Below, one piece after another: positions 9,680 through 20,317 of a stretch of 64,000 nucleotides of DNA. The translations under genes and the position numbers were made by a program. How positions within the stretch are numbered: position 1 is the stretch's first letter; each line of letters begins with the position of its first letter. The DNA is from Salinispira sp. (GTDB taxonomy: Bacteria > Spirochaetota > Spirochaetia > DSM-27196 > Salinispiraceae), in NCBI GenBank assembly GCA_965602015.1, contig OZ271918.1:160001-224000 (forward strand). Reading direction: 5' to 3'. Under the pieces are notes generated by a model. That model did not search any database. It saw nothing but the letters and a program-made list of their open reading frames with translations, and was not told the origin of the DNA.

Positions 9680-10960
9680 TTACAGGAATTGTGCGCGAAA
9701 TTTTTCCGCGATCACCAATTCGGGGTACAGCATGCGTAGAGCCTGCTCTATCCTCTGAGAATATTTGGGGAGAAGTTTGCCTGCTGCAAGAATCCACAGT
9801 ATGGGCGGATTATCCTGGAGCAGCTCGGTATTCCCCATTTTCTCCCGGAGAATTGTCATGAGGATATTGCCGATGGTACCGGTGGTTACCGGGTCTTCCT
9901 TCGCCGCGCTTTCGGATATTTGAGCCATTATGGCCCGGTCCTTGTTCCGAATGGCCTCGGTCATCTCGTCCACTGTGTAGCAGCGGCCTGAATCAATTCC
10001 ATAGCAGCGGCCGGTTGCCTCGAGGATCCCCACAGCTTTATTCTTGTAGTTCCGGATTCCCTCCGGCAGCGATTCCCGATTATAGCTGGCCTGGTCACGT
10101 TGCAGTTTGTCTAGCAGGTTGTTCGAATCGCTTGAAAAATCGATATAGTAGTTTTTCCCCTCCAGCTCTCCCAGTATGCGTCGGGCGTCCAGCTCCCCCA
10201 TGAGCCGGCTCTGTCGATAACTTTTGGGATGGAAATCCATGATATGGGGTAGGGGTTTGCTGTTTTTTATATACATCATCCGCATGTTCTCGTGTTCGGG
10301 TTTGTGGACGATTCCCATGGACGAGATATCAATTATTACCAGATCCCGGTATCCCCGGTTTTGCATCATCGATGACGGCACGTTATCGTTCATCCCGCCG
10401 TCGGTGAAATGTTGGTTGTCGATTTTCGCCGCCTTGAAAAGCGGAAAGGATGCGCTGGCGTATAGATACTCGGGGAGCTTTCCCGGTTCCATTTCGTCGA
10501 GGAATAGCTTGATAGGTTTCATCTGGGGAACTGCAAAGGTGACGATTCCCAAATCGATATTGCGCTTTCGCAGATAATCTTCTCGAGTGTAGCGGGATAT
10601 GAGCTTCAGCAAGGGCGAAGAGTCCAGTCCTCCCCGGCGCAATACTTCCTGGTACAGGCCGCGGAAGGTTTTGAGGGTCATTTTGGTCATATCGGCTGGG
10701 GTCATATCCTTGGGCAGAACCAGTACATCGGAGAGGGTCATGGTCTCCCACAGTTCACAAGCCAGGTCGTAATCGTTCTGAGCCATGAGAGCGGCGTTTA
10801 GCGCTCCCACGCTGGTGCCCGCAAATCCGTCGAAGGCGAATTTGTGTTTTCTCAGGATGGTCCACACGCCGAGCTGATATGCCCCGCGCGCGGCGCCGCC
10901 GGCCAGAACAATTCCGGAATGATACGGGCGGATTTTCGCTTTTCTGTTGAGAATCGACAT
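9680..10960 (-). CDS. Patatin-like phospholipase
   Basis: LAGGAARGAYQLG, GTSVG nucleophile elbow, DGG. Confidence 0.9.
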   Translation of the reverse strand: MSILNRKAKIRPYHSGIVLAGGAARGAYQLGVWTILRKHKFAFDGFAGTSVGALNAALMAQNDYDLACELWETMTLSDVLVLPKDMTPADMTKMTLKTFRGLYQEVLRRGGLDSSPLLKLISRYTREDYLRKRNIDLGIVTFAVPQMKPIKLFLDEMEPGKLPEYLYASASFPLFKAAKIDNQHFTDGGMNDNVPSSMMQNRGYRDLVIIDISSMGIVHKPEHENMRMMYIKNSKPLPHIMDFHPKSYRQSRLMGELDARRILGELEGKNYYIDFSSDSNNLLDKLQRDQASYNRESLPEGIRNYKNKAVGILEATGRCYGIDSGRCYTVDEMTEAIRNKDRAIMAQISESAAKEDPVTTGTIGNILMTILREKMGNTELLQDNPPILWILAAGKLLPKYSQRIEQALRMLYPELVIAEKFRAQFL

Positions 10961-11143
10961 GATTCACAGAGTATACGCCATTGATGCGGCCTGCTCCAGA
11001 TAGAAGTCCGTCAGTATTGTCCAATTACCCCAGCTGTTGCAGGCGCGCAGACTACGGTGTACAGTGCGGTTTACTCAATTTATTGAGCCGGACGGGCATG
11101 CAAAACAGCCATGCCCTGGCAAACCATGAACCGTGGAGGAACG

Positions 11144-12064
11144 ATGATCTGGGGTATTCTTATGGCGCTCGGCGCCGCGGCTGCCTGGGCTCACAACTCA
11201 ATTGTCTACACCTTTGCCGGACGCCGGGTGAGTTCCCGGACCACGGCTCATATTCGCATGTGGTTCGCCCTGCCTATCAGCATGCTCATCCACCTGCTCA
11301 TTCTGGGTAGAGTCATTCCCGGGAGCTCCGGCGGCCTGAGCCTGCTGATGTCCGCCCTTTCAGGGGTCACGGGATACTTCATCGCCGACTTATTGATCTT
11401 CCAGGCCTTCCTGCATCTCGGCCCCCGGGACACCATGCTGGTGATGACCACCAGTCCGATTTTTTCCGCCCTCCTTTCCTGGATTTTCTACGGGGAATTG
11501 CTCAGCCCCATGTCCGGGCTTGCGGCTGCGGTTATTCTCGCCGGTGTGGCTTTGGTGATTCTCGATGTTACCCCGCAGGGCGGATTGGCGGCAGACGGTC
11601 ATCTTGACGCCGACCAGCGCCGCAGGGAGAAAATCGTCGGGACAATAATCGCCCTCGGCGGGGCCCTCGCCCAGGCGGTGGGTATCGTTTTTTCCAAGTA
11701 CAGCCTGATGGCCGGCGATCATCCTGTTGAGGTCAATGTAGTCCGGCTTGTTGCCGGCCTGGTGGCCTTTACGGTTTTTCTACTGGCCAAAGGCGAGTTT
11801 GCCGGGGATTTTCGCAAGATGAAGGACCGCCGGGCGCTGTTTTTTATCGCCTTTGGAGCGTTGGTGGGTCCCTCATTGGGGGTGCTCGGGGCTCTTTACG
11901 CAGTGCTCTATATTCCCGTCGGCATTGCGGCGGTGCTCATGCAAACCACTCCGGTAATGCTGCTGCCCCTCGAACGCATCCTCTTCAAGCGGAAGATCCA
12001 CTACCTGGCTGTGCTTGGCACCCTGACTGCCCTCGCAGGTATCAGTCTGCTGATTCTGGCCTGA
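11144..12064 (+). CDS. DMT/EamA family transporter
   Basis: About 10 hydrophobic helices in two repeats; GGAGGA RBS before ATG 11144. Confidence 0.85.
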   Translation: MIWGILMALGAAAAWAHNSIVYTFAGRRVSSRTTAHIRMWFALPISMLIHLLILGRVIPGSSGGLSLLMSALSGVTGYFIADLLIFQAFLHLGPRDTMLVMTTSPIFSALLSWIFYGELLSPMSGLAAAVILAGVALVILDVTPQGGLAADGHLDADQRRREKIVGTIIALGGALAQAVGIVFSKYSLMAGDHPVEVNVVRLVAGLVAFTVFLLAKGEFAGDFRKMKDRRALFFIAFGALVGPSLGVLGALYAVLYIPVGIAAVLMQTTPVMLLPLERILFKRKIHYLAVLGTLTALAGISLLILA

Positions 12065-12815
12065 GGGAAAAATCCAGTTTTGCCGCCAGCTCTGCGCAGG
12101 CCTCGCCGGCCTTCATGGGGATGCGGTAGTTCGATACTCTGTGGGTGAAAAATGATTCTTCGGGATTTATCTCTATGACCGTCGCTCCGCTTTGGCGGGC
12201 GATTCGGGGTATGTCTGCCGCAGGGTAAACCTCTCCGGTGGATCCGATCACCAGCATGACATCGCTTGCAGAAGCGGCTTCATACGCACGGCGGGCGGCA
12301 TCCGGGGGTATTCCTTCCCCGAAAAATATAAAATCAGGCTTGTACAAACCGCCTGCGGGACTCATGGGAGGAAGCTCGTCGGCTGAGAGGTTCTGCAGTT
12401 CCAGGCTCGATGAGGGAATCTTCTCCCCGGTCTTCATGCATATCAGATTCCTGGCATTTCCGTGGTATTCGGCGATGTTGCGGCTCCCGGCCCGATAATG
12501 GAGTTCATCGATGTTTTGGGTAACAAGCAGTTTCAGGATACCCCGTTCCTCCATCGCCGCCAGGAACCGATGGGCATCGTTCGGTTCTTTTTGATGAAAT
12601 TTCATGTAGAATATATCCCGAATCGCGATCCAGCTTTCTTTCGGGTTTTTTAGAAACCAGGATATTTCGAGTACCTCAGGGTCGTAGAGGTCCCAAATAC
12701 CCCCTTCTCCCCGAAACGGCGGTATTCCGCTTTCCACGGATATTCCCGCTCCGGTAAACGCTGTAAGATGCTCTGCAGCGGCAATCGCCTCGGCAGCCCG
12801 TGCTATTTCATCCAT
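12042..12815 (-). CDS. cobB: NAD-dependent protein deacylase (sirtuin)
   Basis: TGAGISVESGIPPFRG, TQNIDELH, HG, KPDFIFFGE, IGSTGEVYPAA, INPE. Confidence 0.92.
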   Translation of the reverse strand: MDEIARAAEAIAAAEHLTAFTGAGISVESGIPPFRGEGGIWDLYDPEVLEISWFLKNPKESWIAIRDIFYMKFHQKEPNDAHRFLAAMEERGILKLLVTQNIDELHYRAGSRNIAEYHGNARNLICMKTGEKIPSSSLELQNLSADELPPMSPAGGLYKPDFIFFGEGIPPDAARRAYEAASASDVMLVIGSTGEVYPAADIPRIARQSGATVIEINPEESFFTHRVSNYRIPMKAGEACAELAAKLDFSLRPESAD

Positions 12816-12900
12816 GAATCCTCCGGAAAGGCAGCCCATTGCCACCAATATGCCTTACTATATAATATGTCGCCAATACTGGCGAACCGGGAGAGTGGGA

Positions 12901-14403
12901 ATGCATTTTTTCAAACGTCTTGAACAGCGAAGCAATAAAATCGACAGCCTGCTGTGCGTAGGCCTTGACCCCCGCCATGCGGTCCAACCTGGAGCCGACC
13001 CGGCGGATAGTCTCTCGGGCATGATCGATGAGAATAAGCGCATCATAGAAGCTACGGCTGACTTGGCTTTGGCCTATAAGCCGAATATCGCATTCTACGA
13101 GGCATTGGGAGCCCCCGGTCTTCAGGCCCTGGAGGTAACCCTGGAGTTTATTCCCGACGAAATCCCGGTTATCCTGGACGCCAAGCGGGGCGACATCGGT
13201 GCTACCGCCCTGGCATACGAACAGGCCAGTTTTGTTCAACTCGGTGTAGATGCCATTACCCTCAGCCCCTACATGGGCCGGGATTCGGTGGAGCCATTTA
13301 TCAATCATGCGGAGAAGGCGGTGTTCCTGCTCTGCCGCACCAGTAACCCCGGGGGCGCCGATCTACAGCTCCTGGAGGATGCCGCCGGAAGGAGCCTTTA
13401 CATGCGGGTTGCCGACGTGGCCGCCAGCTGGGGAGATAATCTCGGCCTCGTGGTGGCCGGCAACGACGAACAGGCCCTGGGGGCGATCCGGGAGCGCCAC
13501 GGCGAACTGTGGTTCCTCAGCCCGGGCATCGGAGCCCAAGGCGGCAATATGGAATCCGCAATCGCCGCCGGAATCAACTCCCGGGGCGGGGGAATTATCC
13601 CGGTGGTTGCCCGGGGAATATCCCAGGCGGATGACCCCGGCGATGCCGCCCGAAATTACGTCGCCCAGCTAAACCGCGCCCGTGACCGGGTGCTCTCCTC
13701 CCGGCCGGCGGCTGGAGCTTCGGCGGCTGGAGGTTCGGCGGCGGGAGATTCGCCGGCTACGGATGCAGCATCAGGATTGCCGGCTGGCGGGTCCGATGCC
13801 CTAAAAAACAGATTGCTCAACGGTCTCATCGATGCGGAATGTTTCAAAACCGGTGAGTTCACCCTGAAGTCCGGGGAGCTGTCGCCGTTTTACATTGATT
13901 TGCGCCGGGTCATGTCGTTTCCCGCCCTCATGAGCGATGCCGCCCGGGCATATTCCCGTCTGCTCCGCGGACTGAGGTCCCGGGGCATCGATTTCGACGC
14001 CATTGCGGGCATACCTGTGGCTGGTCTTCCCCTGGCTCAGGCTGTCAGTCTCGAGACGGGGATTCCGCTGATTTTCCCGCGAATGAACGCCAAAAGCCAC
14101 GGCACGGGCAATACCGTGGAAGGTCGGTGGGAGAGCGGCCAGAGAATCCTGCTTTTGGACGATCTGATAACCAGCGGCAAGAGCAAAATCGAAGCCCTGG
14201 AGATTCTTCGGGAAGCCGGGCTCGTCGTGGAACACCTGGTGGTGCTCATTGAGCGGGGCGTCCGGGGACGGGCCGATATGGAGGCTGCCGGCGTCGAACT
14301 TCTCAGCTTCGCCCAATTACACGAGTTTCTGCCGGTCTGCCGCGACCGGGGTATAATCAGTGAAGAGCAGCGGCAGACCATGGAGGATTTTGCCCGGCAA
14401 TAG
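12901..14403 (+). CDS. pyrF: Fused orotidine-5'-phosphate decarboxylase / orotate phosphoribosyltransferase (PyrF-PyrE order)
   Basis: N-part LCVGLDP, KPNIAFYE, DAKRGDIGAT, PGIGAQGG; C-part FTLKSGELSPFYIDLR, LLDDLITSG; Ala/Gly/Ser linker between them. Confidence 0.92.
   Translation: MHFFKRLEQRSNKIDSLLCVGLDPRHAVQPGADPADSLSGMIDENKRIIEATADLALAYKPNIAFYEALGAPGLQALEVTLEFIPDEIPVILDAKRGDIGATALAYEQASFVQLGVDAITLSPYMGRDSVEPFINHAEKAVFLLCRTSNPGGADLQLLEDAAGRSLYMRVADVAASWGDNLGLVVAGNDEQALGAIRERHGELWFLSPGIGAQGGNMESAIAAGINSRGGGIIPVVARGISQADDPGDAARNYVAQLNRARDRVLSSRPAAGASAAGGSAAGDSPATDAASGLPAGGSDALKNRLLNGLIDAECFKTGEFTLKSGELSPFYIDLRRVMSFPALMSDAARAYSRLLRGLRSRGIDFDAIAGIPVAGLPLAQAVSLETGIPLIFPRMNAKSHGTGNTVEGRWESGQRILLLDDLITSGKSKIEALEILREAGLVVEHLVVLIERGVRGRADMEAAGVELLSFAQLHEFLPVCRDRGIISEEQRQTMEDFARQ
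13708..13752 (+). repeat. 3 x 15 bp imperfect tandem repeat encoding the AAGxS linker
   Basis: GCGGCTGGAGCTTCG GCGGCTGGAGGTTCG GCGGCGGGAGATTCG. Confidence 0.8.
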
Positions 14404-14418
14404 TCCGGCTAACAGCCT

Positions 14419-15612
14419 ATGAATGATTTTATTGACACACTGTCAGAATTTATCGACACACCGCTTAGTTTGGGTGAGCTGCTCTCTTTTCCGTTTTCCC
14501 TGCTTGATTTGGGGCTTCGCTTTCTTCTGCCGCTGATTCTCGGCGTGTTTCTCCTTCGCATCCTGCGAAACAGCATCATTAAGGCCCTCGACCGTTCGCG
14601 CCTCAAGGAGGAAACCCGGGAGCGGCTCGTCCGCTGGCTCAAGATTGCCGTTCGGGTTCTCAGCCTCGTCCTGCTCACGGTGTTAGCCGCCGCGCTTTTG
14701 GGCGAAAATTTTATGTCCGTGATGCGCTCTGTTGGATCGGTTCTCAACCAGCCCTTCTTCAAGAGCGGCGACCTTGAGCTTTCTGTGCTCACATTACTGG
14801 CAATGGTCCCGGTGTTCTTCCTGGCCAGCTGGGCGGGCAAGACCAGCCGGATCATCGTGGAAAAGGAGGTCCTCCGGCGTATACCCGTCGACGCCTCACA
14901 GCGGTTCAGCATCGCCAATATTATTCGCTATGTCGTCATGCTGCTGGTGCTGATAATCGGCCTGAGCATCATCGGCATTAATTTCTCCAGTCTCATCGTT
15001 ATTTTCTCCGTTCTCGGTATCGGTATCGGTTTTGGTTTGCAGGGCCTGGTGGCTAATTTTTTTGCGGGGCTGATCATCATTATTACCCGCCCGATCAAGG
15101 AGGGGGATTTCGTGGTGACCGCATCCACAGCATCGCCGGTGGAGGGGCATGTGGTTCGCATCAGCCTGCTGCACTCGGTTATCAATACCCTGCTCAACGA
15201 AACGGTAATCGTGCCCAACACCAACATCATCAATTCTCCGGTGCACAATTACAGTTATGATGACCCCCAGGTTTCCATCCCCATGGATGTTGGGGTGCAT
15301 TACAACAGCGACCTGGAGCAGGTGGAGCAAATTCTCCTGGCGGTCGGCCGCTCATGCCCCTACTGGAGCCGCAAGACCGAGCCCCGGGTGCTGGTTATCA
15401 ATTTCGGGAATTCAAGCATCGATATGCGGCTCATCGTGCGCATTGCCGAGGGCAGCGAACGCTTTTTTGCCCTTTCCTGGTTGAGGATGGAGACCTGGCG
15501 CCAGTTCAAGAAGGCCGGCGTCGTCATTCCGTATCCCCAGATGGATCTCTACATAAAAGAGGGAATTCCCGGCGGTTTGAGAATCGAAGACCGGAACACC
15601 GGAAACGAGTAG
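14419..15612 (+). CDS. Small-conductance mechanosensitive channel (MscS family)
   Basis: GIGIGFGLQGLVANFFAG, RPIKEGD, IVPN, IPYPQMDL. Confidence 0.92.
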   Translation: MNDFIDTLSEFIDTPLSLGELLSFPFSLLDLGLRFLLPLILGVFLLRILRNSIIKALDRSRLKEETRERLVRWLKIAVRVLSLVLLTVLAAALLGENFMSVMRSVGSVLNQPFFKSGDLELSVLTLLAMVPVFFLASWAGKTSRIIVEKEVLRRIPVDASQRFSIANIIRYVVMLLVLIIGLSIIGINFSSLIVIFSVLGIGIGFGLQGLVANFFAGLIIIITRPIKEGDFVVTASTASPVEGHVVRISLLHSVINTLLNETVIVPNTNIINSPVHNYSYDDPQVSIPMDVGVHYNSDLEQVEQILLAVGRSCPYWSRKTEPRVLVINFGNSSIDMRLIVRIAEGSERFFALSWLRMETWRQFKKAGVVIPYPQMDLYIKEGIPGGLRIEDRNTGNE

Positions 15613-15671
15613 CATTGGCCTTGTGGCGCTTGCCGCTTGCCCGCCGGGCCGGCTGAGTCTACACTTGAGAC

Positions 15672-18600
15672 ATGAAACTCAGGGAACTCTCGTTTTACTA
15701 CCGTAAGTTTAAATTCGGCGAGGACAACTTCCACAACCTCATGCCCTACCGCATCAGGCGCATTTTATTAATTTCTACCTTCTATGATGCGTATATTTTC
15801 GAACACGATTCGCTGCTCTCCGATCAGCTGGTTGGGGAATACCATCAGCTCAACCTCACCAGCATCCCCAGAATGATATCCGTGCCCACAGCCCAGGACG
15901 CCTTGGACATCCTCGAAAAGGAGACTTTCGATATCGTCATCACCACCATGAGGACCGGAGAGATCTCTTGCTTCGACCTGGCTGCGGACATAAAAAACCG
16001 GCACCCGGACATGCCGGTTGTTCTCCTGCTCACGAATAAAACGGAAATACCCCTTATCGAGCGGCGTATGTACCAGTCGGGGGCCGATTCTCCCAGGGAA
16101 CGGGACATCCCCATCGAATCGGACAGCCCCGTGGGAAAATTTCAGCCAGATTCACCGGAGAGTGATGTACCCGATCTTCAGCCGCAAATGATCACGGGCT
16201 GGAAGGGGGTGTTTGATGAAATTTTCCTGTGGACCGGCGGGCCGAGGGTTTTTCTTTCCATCATCAAGAATATCGAGGACTACCGCAATGTCCGGCACGA
16301 CATCCGTCAGGGCCTGGTAAGGGTCCTGCTCCTGGTTGAAGATTCCATCGAGTTTTCTTCGATTTTTTTACCGGTGCTGTACACCGAACTGATGGAGCAG
16401 ATTCAGGCCCTTATAGCCCATGAACAGAATAACCATAAAAAATACCTTCGAATGCGCACCCGGCCTAAGATCCTGCTTGCGAGAAGCTTTGAGGAAGCCA
16501 TGGTCATTCTGGAAACCTTCGGCAGCAGCATGCTCGGTGTCATTACCGACGGCGAGTTCCCCATAAACGGCCGAATCGTCAGCGATGCCGGTGCCCGGCT
16601 GCACAGGGAAATCCGCAAAATGGACTCCCAGCTTCCGGTACTTTATCAATCCATGAACCCCGAAGGCCGCAGCATCGCAGCCGAGCGGGATCTGCCGTTT
16701 ATCAGCAAGAAGGATCCCCGGCTACGGGAGGAGCTTCGGGCATTCCTGCGGCTCAACCTGGGATTCGGGGATTTTGTCTTCCGCAGTGAGGACGGCCGGG
16801 AAATTGACCGGGCCAGAAATGTCAGGGATTTCGTCAGGCTCATTCCCACGATTCCCGGGGAATCGCTGATGTATCACGCCCGCCGGGATCATTTCTCCAC
16901 CTGGCTTCGGGCCCACGGGGAATTCGACGTGGCACGGCTGGTAAAGCAGAAGAAGCATATCGATTACAAGGATGTGGAGGATGCCAGGGGTTTTCTGATT
17001 GACAGCTTTCTCAAGGTCCGGCGCATGCAAAATCACGGAAATATCGTTGATTTTTCCCCCGACGTCCTCGATGAAAAAGATATTGTCGTGCGCTTGGGTA
17101 AGGGAAGCATCGGCGGCAAGGGCCGGGGACTGGCATTTATGAACGCCCTGATATCGACCATGAATCCCGATGAGTTGTGGGAAGAAATGGAAGTTCTGGT
17201 CCCCCGCACTTTTATTATTGCCACCGATGTATTCGATGAGTTCATCGAAAGCAACGAACTGGTGCGCAGCCGCCTTGCCGGTCGAAGCGATCAGGAAATC
17301 CGAATGATTTTCGCCTCCTCACGGCTGCCCGGCCGCATTGAGCAGCAGCTCGAGCAGCTGTTGAAGGTGTTTACCCGGCCCCTGGCGGTTCGGTCTTCGA
17401 GTCTTCTAGAGGATAGCCAGGCCCAGCCCTTCAGCGGCGTCTATGAAACCTACATGATTCCAAACGCCGCCCACGGAATCAGCGAACGGCTCGAGCAATT
17501 GGCACTGGCCATTAAGCTGGTGTACGCCTCGGCCTTCCTCAACGAGGCGGTTTTGTACATCGAAAACCTCCGCTTCTCCAGCGAGGAAGAGAAAATGGCG
17601 GTGGTAATACAGGAATTGGCGGGAGAAAAGCACGGCGGGTATTACTACCCCAATATCTCGGGAGTAGGGCAGAGCTGGAACTACTATCCCGTTGGTCCCA
17701 TGAGTACTTCCGACAAGGTGTGCTCCATAGCCATGGGGTTGGGTCATATGGTGGTCGGGGGGTCGAGGAGCTTTATGTTCAGTCCCGACTGGCCCAAGAT
17801 TCCCTATCACAGTCTGGAGGATTCGCTGAAATACTCCCAGTCAAAATTCTTCGCTCTTCAGCTGGACTGCGGCAGCGATGAAATTATTAAGGGGGAATTC
17901 AGCAGTCTTGTGGGCCTAAGCCTGCGTAAAGCCGAAGAGGCCGGAGCCTTGAAGCACCTTGCGGTTGTGTATGACGGCGCCAGCAATGCCATCCGGGATG
18001 ACTTAAGCCAGCCGGGACCGCGGCTGGTCAACTTCAGGGGCGTTCTTGAGTACGAGGTCATTCCCCTCTCCGAGGTGTTGAGGGAACTCATCGACATGTT
18101 GAAGATGGCTTTGGGAACCCATGTGGAAATCGAGTTCGCCGTCGTTATGCCCAGGCGGCGCGAGGAAAAGCCCCGCTTTTATTTGCTACAGTTTCGGCCT
18201 CTGAATGTGGCCGCAGAAGATTCCATGCCCGATGACCTGCCGGTGGACCGGAAGCGCATACTCTATTACAGCGATGAAAGCCTGGGCAACGGGCGGCTGT
18301 CAGGACTGCGGGATGTTCTTCTGGTGGATCCCGCAGCCTGGGATCACCTCCAAACCGAAAAAATCCGGTGGGAAATAGCGGCGTTTAATCAGCTTATGAA
18401 GGAGCAGGCGCGACAATACATCCTCATCGGCCCCGGGCGCTGGGGAAGCCGGGACCGCTTCCTGGGCGTTCCGGTGCAATGGCCGGAGATCAGCATGGCC
18501 AGGATACTGGTGGAGCTTGCAATCGAACAGTACGATATTGACGCGAGCCAGGGCTCCCATTTCCTGCATAACATTATCGCCATGAACGTGGGCTACGCCC

Positions 18601-18785
18601 ATATCGGATTGAAGGGCAAGAGCTTTTTTAATCTCGACGCCCTGAGCACAAGCGCTGGGTTCACTGAAAAAACCGGCGAACTGGGAGACTCGCCCAAGTA
18701 TATACGTCATTTTACATCGCAAAACGAGCTCGGGGTGGCCCTGGCCGGCAAGACCGGGGAGTCAATCGTTTATTTAACCACTTAA
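15672..18785 (+). CDS. Receiver-domain protein fused to a PEP-synthase/PPDK N-terminal (ATP-grasp) domain
   Basis: Two REC-like segments (RILLISTFYDA…DIVITT; LLLVEDS) followed by GSIGGKGRGLAF, PLAVRSSSLLEDS, FSGVYET, EEKMAVVIQ, VEIEFA, LLQFRP, GPGRWGS, SQGSHF. Confidence 0.85.
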   Translation: MKLRELSFYYRKFKFGEDNFHNLMPYRIRRILLISTFYDAYIFEHDSLLSDQLVGEYHQLNLTSIPRMISVPTAQDALDILEKETFDIVITTMRTGEISCFDLAADIKNRHPDMPVVLLLTNKTEIPLIERRMYQSGADSPRERDIPIESDSPVGKFQPDSPESDVPDLQPQMITGWKGVFDEIFLWTGGPRVFLSIIKNIEDYRNVRHDIRQGLVRVLLLVEDSIEFSSIFLPVLYTELMEQIQALIAHEQNNHKKYLRMRTRPKILLARSFEEAMVILETFGSSMLGVITDGEFPINGRIVSDAGARLHREIRKMDSQLPVLYQSMNPEGRSIAAERDLPFISKKDPRLREELRAFLRLNLGFGDFVFRSEDGREIDRARNVRDFVRLIPTIPGESLMYHARRDHFSTWLRAHGEFDVARLVKQKKHIDYKDVEDARGFLIDSFLKVRRMQNHGNIVDFSPDVLDEKDIVVRLGKGSIGGKGRGLAFMNALISTMNPDELWEEMEVLVPRTFIIATDVFDEFIESNELVRSRLAGRSDQEIRMIFASSRLPGRIEQQLEQLLKVFTRPLAVRSSSLLEDSQAQPFSGVYETYMIPNAAHGISERLEQLALAIKLVYASAFLNEAVLYIENLRFSSEEEKMAVVIQELAGEKHGGYYYPNISGVGQSWNYYPVGPMSTSDKVCSIAMGLGHMVVGGSRSFMFSPDWPKIPYHSLEDSLKYSQSKFFALQLDCGSDEIIKGEFSSLVGLSLRKAEEAGALKHLAVVYDGASNAIRDDLSQPGPRLVNFRGVLEYEVIPLSEVLRELIDMLKMALGTHVEIEFAVVMPRRREEKPRFYLLQFRPLNVAAEDSMPDDLPVDRKRILYYSDESLGNGRLSGLRDVLLVDPAAWDHLQTEKIRWEIAAFNQLMKEQARQYILIGPGRWGSRDRFLGVPVQWPEISMARILVELAIEQYDIDASQGSHFLHNIIAMNVGYAHIGLKGKSFFNLDALSTSAGFTEKTGELGDSPKYIRHFTSQNELGVALAGKTGESIVYLTT

Positions 18786-18832
18786 CGAACGTTTAGCACT
18801 TACCACTACAGCAGTAACAAAACCGGTTTGCC

Positions 18833-20225
<1,393 letters not shown>

Positions 20226-20317
20226 ACAAAGCAATTAATAATGTGTGACGCTGACCGGCAGCGCGTTTCCGTCGGCGGGATTTTGCAGAAAAGCCCGTGT
20301 TGACCTACAATGGTCCT

